A stretch of 64,000 nucleotides of DNA from contig JBJEWD010000007.1 of assembly GCA_051884875.1 (NCBI GenBank), positions 9,538-73,537 on the forward strand, written 5' to 3'. The DNA comes from Kiritimatiellia bacterium. GTDB lineage: Bacteria; Verrucomicrobiota; Kiritimatiellia; RFP12; UBA1067. Positions 57,668 to 64,000 of this stretch are shown in pieces. The notes under the pieces were generated by a model that was not told the origin of the DNA, searched no databases, and saw nothing but the letters and a program-made list of their open reading frames with translations. Numbering within the stretch: position 1 is the stretch's first letter; the number at the start of each line of letters is the position of its first letter. Position numbers and translations under genes: made by a program.

Positions 57668-57725
57668 GCGAGGGCACCCGGCACCGGATGCGAGGCGGTG
57701 GCCGTCGCCCGCCGCGCCGGATCGT

Positions 57726-58661
57726 TCACTCTTCGTTCCCCTTGAGCTGCGCCTTGATTTTCGCGAACGACAGGCGCATGTCGCGCTCGTTCCCCCAGGC
57801 GACGCGCCGGCCTTCGGGATCGAGAATGCGGCAGTGGCAGGTGACGATATGCCGCTCGATCTTCCAGCCCTGCCGGGAGTCCATGACATCCCACCAGACG
57901 CCTGCATCAATCGTCTTCCATTCGAGGTTGATCTTGTCCTGAACGACCCGGAGCTGCACATTCGTGCTGGGCGTACCGGCGCGGATCTTCTCGAGTTCGG
58001 TGAAATAGAACGGCGCCAGGTGGTTGCAGAGACGCTTCAGACTCTCCGACTTCCCCCAGCACGCGTCGATGGTCGTCATTTCGGTGACGGTGGACGGCAC
58101 GGCGTACTCCACGACGTTCGTCACCGGCCTGAACGTACCATCCGTACCGAGCGACGGCGATTCCTGTCCGCTGATCGTGAAGACGTATTTGAGCACGGTG
58201 TCCTGCGGATTCACGACGACGATCACCGGCCGGACGCTGCCGCCGCCCATCTTCTGCACGTCGGGATCGCGCATCGGGATCGCCGGCGCCAGCAGAACGC
58301 CCTGATGGATCCGGATTCCCTTCTCCTGGAGCCGCGCCAGCGTGTGCGCGATGATGCGCCCGCCCAGCGAATGCCCGACCAGCGTCAGCCCCGCGCGGAA
58401 CGCGACGTTCGTCGCGGCGATCTCCTCCGCCAGCTGCCGCGCCGCCTGATCCGCATGTTCCACGGCCGACCACCAGTTGCAGTCGCCGTCCCACCCCCGG
58501 AAGCGGCAGGTCGTGTCGGCATAGACATTCGTGCAGCTCGCATACGCCCGCCCGTCCTCATCAGCCGTTCGCATCCACCCGGGGATATACCAGACCTCCG
58601 CCGCCCGGGCACCCCGCAGCAGCAACGCCAGCATCACGCCACACACGAACTTTACTCTCAT
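57726..58661 (-). CDS. possible independently expressed nested gene: secreted GHSLGG alpha/beta hydrolase (311 aa), in frame with the comEC ORF
   Basis: An internal ATG at 58661 is preceded by TGGTATAAT-N7. The product would start with a signal-peptide-like MRVKFVCGVMLALLLRGARAAE, carries the nucleophile-elbow motif GHSLGG, and has a C-terminal 80 aa that are unassigned. Confidence 0.4.
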   Translation of the reverse strand: MRVKFVCGVMLALLLRGARAAEVWYIPGWMRTADEDGRAYASCTNVYADTTCRFRGWDGDCNWWSAVEHADQAARQLAEEIAATNVAFRAGLTLVGHSLGGRIIAHTLARLQEKGIRIHQGVLLAPAIPMRDPDVQKMGGGSVRPVIVVVNPQDTVLKYVFTISGQESPSLGTDGTFRPVTNVVEYAVPSTVTEMTTIDACWGKSESLKRLCNHLAPFYFTELEKIRAGTPSTNVQLRVVQDKINLEWKTIDAGVWWDVMDSRQGWKIERHIVTCHCRILDPEGRRVAWGNERDMRLSFAKIKAQLKGNEE

Positions 58662-60140
58662 CCGCCCCATTATACCATTTCTCGCCTCGCGGCGGTCGGC
58701 AGATCGCCCAAGCGGCGGTCGCGCCGCGTTGCGCCGCAGCACGACCAGGCCGGACAGCATCAGGGCATACCAGACGAGGCATCCGCCGAGCGACCAGGAT
58801 TCGATCGTGACGGACGCTCCGGGAACCGCCGCCACCGCGCGCGAGAGGTCGACCATCACTTCCGTGCAGACGGCGGTGAGATTATTGAAGATTCCCGCCA
58901 GCCCTTCCGAGACGAAACTCGACAATGCGCCGCCCAGACTGCCCACTACGCTTCCCGTCGCCAAAGGCGCCACCAGCAGGTTCGCCATCAGACCGCCCGG
59001 GGTAATCCGTCCGAAGACGTGCGCGGCAATCGGCAGACTCGCCATCCACGCCACCCACGTGAACAGGATGAAATCGAGCAGCCGGGATTTCGTGGCGATT
59101 CCCCAGCGTCCCCAGATGACGAGCATCAGCATGACGGCGAAGGACATCCAGCAGCCCACGTCATGAAGACATGCCGGCATAAGCGCGTATACGCCGAGAA
59201 AGGTCAGCGCCCACGCGGTGACGCCATTGGGACGGCGCCAGAACAGGGGCGCCACGTAACCGAGCGACAGCATCGCGGCGGCGCGAATGGCGCTGGGCGG
59301 ACAGCCGACCAGGAATACGTACGCCCAGAGCGCGGGGATGAGGACCAGACCGGACATCCGCATCGGAAAACGCGTGAAGGCCAGCAGGAGCGCCAGCACC
59401 TTCGCCACGACGACGACGTGCAGCCCCGAAATCGCAAAAACGTGAATCGTCCCCGCCGCGATGAAATCGTCCTTGGACGTACGGTCCAGCCGCTCGCGTT
59501 CACCCAGCAGAATCGCCCGGTGGAGATCGGCGATCCGTTCGCCGCCGGGAAGGCCAAGGCCGAGGCGCGCGGAGAGCTCATCCTTCAGGCGGCGGCGGAA
59601 GGCCGATGGCGCGGCCGGCGCGGCAGCCACCCGCGCGGCAAACGATCCCTTTCCGCACACCCAGAACGCATACCGCCGGCCATGACCCTCGGGACGGCGC
59701 GCCAGCCACCCCGCACACCGCCACCATGTACCGACCTGCGGCGTTTCACCAGCCGGACACGGACAGATGACGCGCACGTTGACGGGGCCTAGAGTGCTGT
59801 AAAATGACGCCCAGGTCGTATTTTCAGCACTCTGGCGGAGGGAGACAGGGCCTTCCACTTCAAATACGGCTTCATACGGCCGACCGCTTCCCATCACCAG
59901 AACCTCGTCCAATACGGCCTGCCGCGCCGCCGCAAAACGCAGGGATAAGACGAACCCGAGGCCAAATGTCACGACAAACAGTCCGCCACGCCACCGCCGG
60001 GCGTAGCCAATCAGCGCCAGCACCGCCACAAACGCCAGCACGACGGGCCAGAGCGCGGCAAAACGCGCCACGGCAAAGCCTGCGGCCTCACCTAACGCCA
60101 ACGCCGCGCACAACAACAGCCAACGTATTTCATCCGTCAT
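57726..60140 (-). CDS. comEC: ComEC/Rec2-family membrane protein (no metallo-beta-lactamase domain) reading in frame into an alpha/beta-hydrolase-like C-terminal module
   Basis: It carries the competence-domain hallmark ..FIAAGTIHVFAISGLHVVVVAKVL.. and about 10 TM segments in aa 1-480. There is no stop before the segment MRVKFVCGVMLALLLRGARAAEVWYIPGW..LVGHSLGG... Confidence 0.8.
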   Translation of the reverse strand: MTDEIRWLLLCAALALGEAAGFAVARFAALWPVVLAFVAVLALIGYARRWRGGLFVVTFGLGFVLSLRFAAARQAVLDEVLVMGSGRPYEAVFEVEGPVSLRQSAENTTWASFYSTLGPVNVRVICPCPAGETPQVGTWWRCAGWLARRPEGHGRRYAFWVCGKGSFAARVAAAPAAPSAFRRRLKDELSARLGLGLPGGERIADLHRAILLGERERLDRTSKDDFIAAGTIHVFAISGLHVVVVAKVLALLLAFTRFPMRMSGLVLIPALWAYVFLVGCPPSAIRAAAMLSLGYVAPLFWRRPNGVTAWALTFLGVYALMPACLHDVGCWMSFAVMLMLVIWGRWGIATKSRLLDFILFTWVAWMASLPIAAHVFGRITPGGLMANLLVAPLATGSVVGSLGGALSSFVSEGLAGIFNNLTAVCTEVMVDLSRAVAAVPGASVTIESWSLGGCLVWYALMLSGLVVLRRNAARPPLGRSADRREARNGIMGRMRVKFVCGVMLALLLRGARAAEVWYIPGWMRTADEDGRAYASCTNVYADTTCRFRGWDGDCNWWSAVEHADQAARQLAEEIAATNVAFRAGLTLVGHSLGGRIIAHTLARLQEKGIRIHQGVLLAPAIPMRDPDVQKMGGGSVRPVIVVVNPQDTVLKYVFTISGQESPSLGTDGTFRPVTNVVEYAVPSTVTEMTTIDACWGKSESLKRLCNHLAPFYFTELEKIRAGTPSTNVQLRVVQDKINLEWKTIDAGVWWDVMDSRQGWKIERHIVTCHCRILDPEGRRVAWGNERDMRLSFAKIKAQLKGNEE
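58669..58677 (-). promoter_or_regulatory. internal extended -10 box (TGGTATAAT) inside the comEC ORF, 7 nt upstream of an in-frame ATG
   Basis: The minus strand reads GAAATGGTATAATGGGGCGGATGAGAGTAAAG. The architecture matches that at 61768-61776 and 55254-55262. Confidence 0.4.
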
Positions 60141-60213
60141 ACCCTATCCTCCCGAGTGTCCGGAAGAAATAATAGCGCAGACGGAGAAGGAAATCTTTAG
60201 GAAATCTTTAGGA

Positions 60214-60259
60214 CACCGGGGACAAGACCCCGCCCTAGGCGTGGGGACTGTCCCCGGTG
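60214..60259 (-). terminator. long hairpin terminating the sigma-factor operon
   Basis: The outer 11-bp perfect stem is caccggggaca/tgtccccggtg, with further imperfect inner pairing. It lies 26 nt after the stop at 60285. On its distal side it is followed by an 11-bp tandem repeat (aggaaatcttt, two copies, 60189-60210). Confidence 0.5.
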
Positions 60260-60284
60260 AATTCGGTCAGCCGGTTCCTTTCGC

Positions 60285-60755
60285 CTACTGGACGACCACC
60301 GGACGCTGTTCGTAGTGGCCGGGCTGCCAGACGCGGACGATCGTGCCGTTAGGCTGCACCTGATCGACATAGCGCCCTTCAACCCAGACGTTCTGCATCG
60401 TATAAACGGGCGTTGCGACCACGGGCGATGCAACCACCGTCGGAGACGCAACCACGACCGGCGCGGGCGCAATCGAGTCGTAGACGATTCCCCCGACGAC
60501 ACCGCCGACGAAACCCGGCCAGAAATTCCGGCCGCCCCGTCCCCAGAAGCTGTCGCCCGGGCGATGATGGCGCGGCGGCGGGGGCGACGGGCGGTGTCCC
60601 ATACCACTGCCGGGATGCCGCATCGGCGCCGCAGGACCGGGGCGGGGGCCGCCATGGCCGCCGGGATTGCCATGCGGACGCGCCATGCAGACGGTGGTGG
60701 CGAAGATTGCGCCGACCACCATCATCATTTTAATTGTCTCGGTTGTCTTGTTCAT
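60285..60755 (-). CDS. secreted Gly/Pro-rich protein with a glycine-zipper segment (156 aa)
   Basis: It has a signal or TM segment (IKMMMVVGAIFATTVCMA), a PHGNPGGHGGPRPGP.. region, GFVGGVVGGIVY and a C-terminal VWVEGRYVD..VRVWQPGHYE block. Confidence 0.65.
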   Translation of the reverse strand: MNKTTETIKMMMVVGAIFATTVCMARPHGNPGGHGGPRPGPAAPMRHPGSGMGHRPSPPPPRHHRPGDSFWGRGGRNFWPGFVGGVVGGIVYDSIAPAPVVVASPTVVASPVVATPVYTMQNVWVEGRYVDQVQPNGTIVRVWQPGHYEQRPVVVQ

Positions 60756-60845
60756 TTCTCACCTTGCCTTTCTCCGCTTCCTTGCGGCTTACAGAGAGTT
60801 AGGCGCGGTTCGCCCCAAGAACTGACAACTATTCTCCGGATTTTT

Positions 60846-61439
60846 TCAATGCCCGTTCTTCTCGTGCCGCTCCCAGGCCTGACGCATGAACTTCACGTTG
60901 CGCGAGAAGATCTGATCGACGTTCGCCGTGGATGAAATCTCCAGGAAATCCCTCGTTTCCTCGCTGGAAAGATGGAATCTCGTCTTGAGAAGATGGACAT
61001 AGGCGCGTTCGGGATCGAACCGCCAGAGATCGTGAAAGCAGTAATGTGTCGAAATCCAGACGTCCTTGCTGATGATGCGGCCATCTTCCGTAGGCAAATC
61101 CATACCCGCCGACGCCCCATCGGAATCCGCATGGGCGGTCTCGATGGAAATCTCACCGTGGCGATTGGGGTTGGCATTGAGCACAAAACCGCGGACATAG
61201 CGCTTGAGCCAGCCTTCGAGACTTCCCTCCCCGCGAAAAAGCTCGATTTTCCGGCGACCGATCATCTCATAGTAAAGCATCCCCATCAGATCGCCGGCCG
61301 TCAGCGAATAACGCTGCATCATCTCAGCGGAACGCAGCGAAGCGGATTCGGGTTCGATGACGCGCTCCCACACGCGCTTCCATCCTTCGTCCTTCTCCTC
61401 ACGAATCAAAGCGAGCCATTCCCCGTCCGTCATAGCCAA
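60846..61439 (-). CDS. ECF-type sigma-70 family RNA polymerase sigma factor (divergent)
   Basis: It is 197 aa. A region-2-like block is ..GDLMGMLYYEMIGRRKIELFRGEGSLEGWLKRYVRGFVLN... A region-4-like HTH is ..LLKTRFHLSSEETRDFLEISSTANVDQIFSRNVKFMRQAW... The assignment rests on pattern only. Confidence 0.55.
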   Translation of the reverse strand: MAMTDGEWLALIREEKDEGWKRVWERVIEPESASLRSAEMMQRYSLTAGDLMGMLYYEMIGRRKIELFRGEGSLEGWLKRYVRGFVLNANPNRHGEISIETAHADSDGASAGMDLPTEDGRIISKDVWISTHYCFHDLWRFDPERAYVHLLKTRFHLSSEETRDFLEISSTANVDQIFSRNVKFMRQAWERHEKNGH

Positions 61440-61442
61440 CCC

Positions 61443-61760
61443 TCATTCAAAGGTCAATGCGCCGGGGACCAGTGGCATCCCATCCCGATGAAGCCAGATG
61501 CCCTGCGCGTGCTTGCCGCAAATGAAATCGCCGCAGCGCAGTCGCCCCCGTCCCTCCCGGATGGCCATCCGCGTCCCCGCAAATTCAAAAGTTCCCGTCC
61601 CGATCGGCCGTCCCCGCCCGTCCACCACCGTCAATTCGGCTTCGGAGTCGTCGGTCGACCCCGGGAGGAATCTGAGCGAAGCCTTCCACCGCTGCTCCGG
61701 ATCCTTCATGGGGTGTGAATACAGCGTGAACACAATGCATTTGTCCGCAGGCGTCTTCAT
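61443..61760 (-). CDS. hypothetical 105-aa protein, leaderless-type start, first gene of the sigma-factor operon
   Basis: The ATG at 61760 (MKTPADKCIVFTLYSHP..) lies 7 nt downstream of TGCTATAAT. The stop is 3 nt before the sigma ATG. No family was recognised. Confidence 0.55.
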   Translation of the reverse strand: MKTPADKCIVFTLYSHPMKDPEQRWKASLRFLPGSTDDSEAELTVVDGRGRPIGTGTFEFAGTRMAIREGRGRLRCGDFICGKHAQGIWLHRDGMPLVPGALTFE

Positions 61761-61767
61761 GATGAAG

Positions 61768-61776
61768 ATTATAGCA
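61768..61776 (-). promoter_or_regulatory. extended -10 promoter (TGCTATAAT) 7 nt upstream of the ATG at 61760
   Basis: The minus strand reads TTTTTTTGCTATAATCTTCATCATG. The T run of the rplL terminator abuts the box. Confidence 0.5.
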
Positions 61777-61805
61777 AAAAAACCGCGGAAGACTCCGCGG
61801 TTTCC
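61777..61805 (-). terminator. intrinsic terminator of the rplKAJL operon
   Basis: There is a perfect 9-bp stem, aaaccgcgg/ccgcggttt, with a 6-nt loop. On the minus strand it is followed by TTTTTTT. It lies 26 nt after the rplL stop. Confidence 0.8.
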
Positions 61806-61830
61806 TGGTTGCCTGGGGCAATCGCCCGGC

Positions 61831-62196
61831 TTACTTGACCTCGACTTCGGCGCCCGCCTTCTTGAGCTGCTCCGCAATCTTCTCGGCCTCGTCCTTGGCG
61901 ATGGCTTCCTTCACCTTCTTCGGCGCACCATCGACCATGTCCTTGGCGTCCTTGAGGCCCAGACCCGTGATCGCGCGAATCTCCTTGATGACGGCGATCT
62001 TGTTCGCACCGGCAGCCTTGAGGATGACGTCGAATTCGGTCTTCTCCTCCGCGGCGGCGCCACCGGCGGCAGGACCCGCAACGGCAACGGCGGCAGCGGC
62101 GGAAACGCCCCACGCCTCTTCAAGAGCCTTGACGAGCTCGTTGATCTCGAGCACGGTCTTGCCCGAGAGTTCCTTGATGATTTCTTCGTTGGTCAT
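61831..62196 (-). CDS. rplL: 50S ribosomal protein L7/L12
   Basis: The sequence includes [74 protein letters not shown].. Confidence 0.97.
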   Translation of the reverse strand: MTNEEIIKELSGKTVLEINELVKALEEAWGVSAAAAVAVAGPAAGGAAAEEKTEFDVILKAAGANKIAVIKEIRAITGLGLKDAKDMVDGAPKKVKEAIAKDEAEKIAEQLKKAGAEVEVK

Positions 62197-62263
62197 TTTC
62201 TTCGTTCCTTGTTTTACTTGTCAACCCGCAGCGTGTTTCATCTGCAGGAAATCCCTGTTTGGT

Positions 62264-62788
62264 TTACGCCTGCGCGGGGGCTTCGGCGGCGGGTGCCGCA
62301 GCTTCGCCACCCTGCTTGGCCTTCTCGGAAAGAACGCGCGCAAGACGCGTCGCCGGCTCCTTGAGGAGCATGAGCAACGTCGCACGGAGCTCGTTCTTGC
62401 CCGGAATCTTGGAGAGGGCCTCGACCATCGCGGCATCCACGATACGGCTGTCGTAGTCGGCACCCTTGACGGTCGCCTTGCCATTGGAGGCCTTGACGAA
62501 ATCCATGATCGCCTTCGCGACCGCCGTCGGCTCGCCATGACCCGTGATGACGGCGGTATTGCCCGCCAGCATCGCGTTCACCGCATCGCTCCAGCCCTTC
62601 TCCTTCGCGGCCTTCGCAAGGAAGGTGTTCTTGACGACGAGCATGCGGCTGTCGAGCTTGCGGAGATCAGTACGGAGCTTGGCCATCGCCGCCACGGTCA
62701 CGCCGCCGTGGTCAATGATGAAGCAGTAGTCCGAATCCTTGACGCGGGCGATGACTTCGTTCAGAATGGCAACTTTTTCAACTCTCAT
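62264..62788 (-). CDS. rplJ: 50S ribosomal protein L10
   Basis: It is a 174-aa protein containing ..DYCFIIDHGGVTVAAMAKLRTDLRKLDSRMLVVKNT.. and sits between rplA and rplL. Confidence 0.93.
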   Translation of the reverse strand: MRVEKVAILNEVIARVKDSDYCFIIDHGGVTVAAMAKLRTDLRKLDSRMLVVKNTFLAKAAKEKGWSDAVNAMLAGNTAVITGHGEPTAVAKAIMDFVKASNGKATVKGADYDSRIVDAAMVEALSKIPGKNELRATLLMLLKEPATRLARVLSEKAKQGGEAAAPAAEAPAQA

Positions 62789-62805
62789 TTCAAATTACCT
62801 CCTGA

Positions 62806-63498
62806 TTATTCGGCATCCGCCGCGGCGATCACGGGAACGCCGACACCCATCGTGGAGGAAATGCTGACGGACTTGATGAAGACGCCCTTCACCGAGGCGG
62901 GCTTCGCGGCGTTGACCGCGGAAATGACCGCCTTGATGTTCTGGACGAGCTTCTCCGCATCGAACGAGCGCTTACCGGCGACGCAGCAGACATTGCCGGT
63001 GCGATCCATGCGGAAATCCACCTTGCCCGCCTTGGCTTCGGCCACCGCCGTAGCGACGTCATCCGTCACCGTACCCGTCTTCGGGTTCGGCATGAGACCG
63101 CGCGGACCGAGCACACGGGCGCACTTGCGGACCTCCTTCATCGCCTCCACCGTGGCAATCGCGACGTCGAAATCGCACCAGCCTTCCTTCGTGACACGCT
63201 CGATCAGATCGCCCATGCCGACGAAATCGGCACCGGCGTTCCTCGCCGCCTCGGCCTGTTCGCCGCCGGCGAACACCGCGACCTTGACCTTCTTGCCCGA
63301 ACCGTTGGGGAGCTTGACGATGCCGCGGACGGCGGTGTCGCCCTTGGTGAGATCCTTGCCCAGATGGAAATACACGTCAACGGTCTCGTCGAACTTCGCG
63401 CCGGGATTCGCCTTGACGAACTTGACGGCCTCGTCAACCGAAACCGGCTTCGTCGGGGCCTTCTTCTGCGCGTTGAAATACTTCTTACCGTGACTCAT
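62806..63498 (-). CDS. rplA: 50S ribosomal protein L1
   Basis: The sequence includes [26 protein letters not shown]....D..VRG.V.LP.G.GK..KVAVFA..; 230 aa. Confidence 0.96.
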   Translation of the reverse strand: MSHGKKYFNAQKKAPTKPVSVDEAVKFVKANPGAKFDETVDVYFHLGKDLTKGDTAVRGIVKLPNGSGKKVKVAVFAGGEQAEAARNAGADFVGMGDLIERVTKEGWCDFDVAIATVEAMKEVRKCARVLGPRGLMPNPKTGTVTDDVATAVAEAKAGKVDFRMDRTGNVCCVAGKRSFDAEKLVQNIKAVISAVNAAKPASVKGVFIKSVSISSTMGVGVPVIAAADAE

Positions 63499-63920
63499 TC
63501 GACCACCTCGATTCCCATATTGCGGGCGGTGCCCATAATCATCTTCGCGGCCTGCTCCGGATCGTCGGTGTTGAGGTCGGCCTTCTTCATCTCGACGATC
63601 TTGAGAATCTGGGCCTTCGTGACCTTGCCCACCTTGTTCTTGTTAGGCGTGCTGGAGCCCTTGGCGAGACCGGCTTCCTTCTTGAGGAGGACGGACGCGG
63701 GCGGCGACTTGAACTGCAGCGAGAAGCTGCGGTCCTGGTAAACCGTGATGATCACGGGGATGACGAGACCGGAATCCTTGGCCGTCTTGGCGTTGAACTC
63801 CTTGCAGAACTGCATGATGTTCACGCCGGCGGAACCGAGGGCGGGACCGACGGGCGGTGCGGGATTCGCAGCGCCGGCCGGAATCTGGAGTTTGACAACT
63901 CCTGTAACCTTCTTGGCCAT
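63495..63920 (-). CDS. rplK: 50S ribosomal protein L11
   Basis: The sequence includes [46 protein letters not shown]... It has a 4-nt overlap with the rplA start. Confidence 0.97.
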   Translation of the reverse strand: MAKKVTGVVKLQIPAGAANPAPPVGPALGSAGVNIMQFCKEFNAKTAKDSGLVIPVIITVYQDRSFSLQFKSPPASVLLKKEAGLAKGSSTPNKNKVGKVTKAQILKIVEMKKADLNTDDPEQAAKMIMGTARNMGIEVVE

Positions 63921-64000
63921 TAGCCTGTTTCCTTTTTTGAGGATTCACTCCTCAACCGTGCGACTCCTCCCGGGGATCCTGCCCGGTGATAACGGATCGC

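Noticed and set aside
63921-64000. The 3' end of the gene upstream of rplK (nusG expected by synteny)
   Set aside because: Only about 50-80 nt are available. Three minus-strand frames stay open to the window edge, with stops at 63920-63922, 63945-63947 and 63952-63954. None gives a convincing NusG KOW C-terminus, so no CDS was called.

Overview
This is a 64-kb, roughly 64% GC (GC3-rich) chromosomal segment. I infer it comes from a PVC-superphylum bacterium (Verrucomicrobiota, Kiritimatiellota or Lentisphaerota-like). The grounds are an Amuc_1100-type PilM/N/O/Q-like cluster and giant LamG/TSP3/PATR secreted proteins; no database search was possible.

Layout, left to right:
1. 1-1700: the end of a putative integrated element. 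It carries a large serine recombinase (runs off the left edge), a DUF2924 partner and a small ORF, and abuts tRNA-Ser(UGA) at 1857-1944.
2. 2332-6642: a 1,436-aa secreted LamG plus autotransporter-associated beta-strand-repeat protein. Upstream lie a phased 22-bp repeat array and an AT-rich perfect palindrome.
3. 6820-55185: an unbroken minus-strand run of about 25 genes:
   - recA, uvrA, rho (with an N-terminal extension) and coaE.
   - A five-gene type IV pilus-alignment-like cluster: secretin, a PilP-position protein, an Amuc_1100/PilO-like protein, a PilM-PilN fusion and a secreted 242-aa protein.
   - kpsF, pta and ackA.
   - A 22.9-kb unit of two giant secreted proteins (3,418 aa and 4,110 aa) bracketing a 127-aa lipoprotein.
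   - A 700-bp non-coding gap holding a second phased repeat array with the same GGTGCGCAG core and a roughly 220-nt long-helix element.
   - A 703-aa acidic repeat protein, a GHL10-like protein, trmD, an RluA-family synthase, an overlapping 55-aa lipoprotein and a coiled-coil membrane protein.
4. 55271-57667: tgt, yajC and a LysM protein on the plus strand.
5. 57726-60140: a ComEC ORF that reads in frame into a GHSLGG hydrolase preceded by its own promoter-like box.
6. 60285-63920: a leaderless 105-aa gene with an ECF-type sigma and a Gly/Pro-rich secreted protein, then rplK-rplA-rplJ-rplL ending in a clean terminator with no rpoBC.

No CRISPR array, rRNA or recognisable defence system was seen. 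Most long plus-strand ORFs in the track are GC-rich shadow ORFs antisense to real genes.

The candidates for something new are:
- the giant-protein operon;
- the two related phased repeat arrays upstream of giant secreted-protein genes;
- the poorly understood pilus-like secretin cluster;
- the ComEC/hydrolase nested arrangement;
- the recurrent TGnTAnAAT-N7/8-ATG leaderless architecture.
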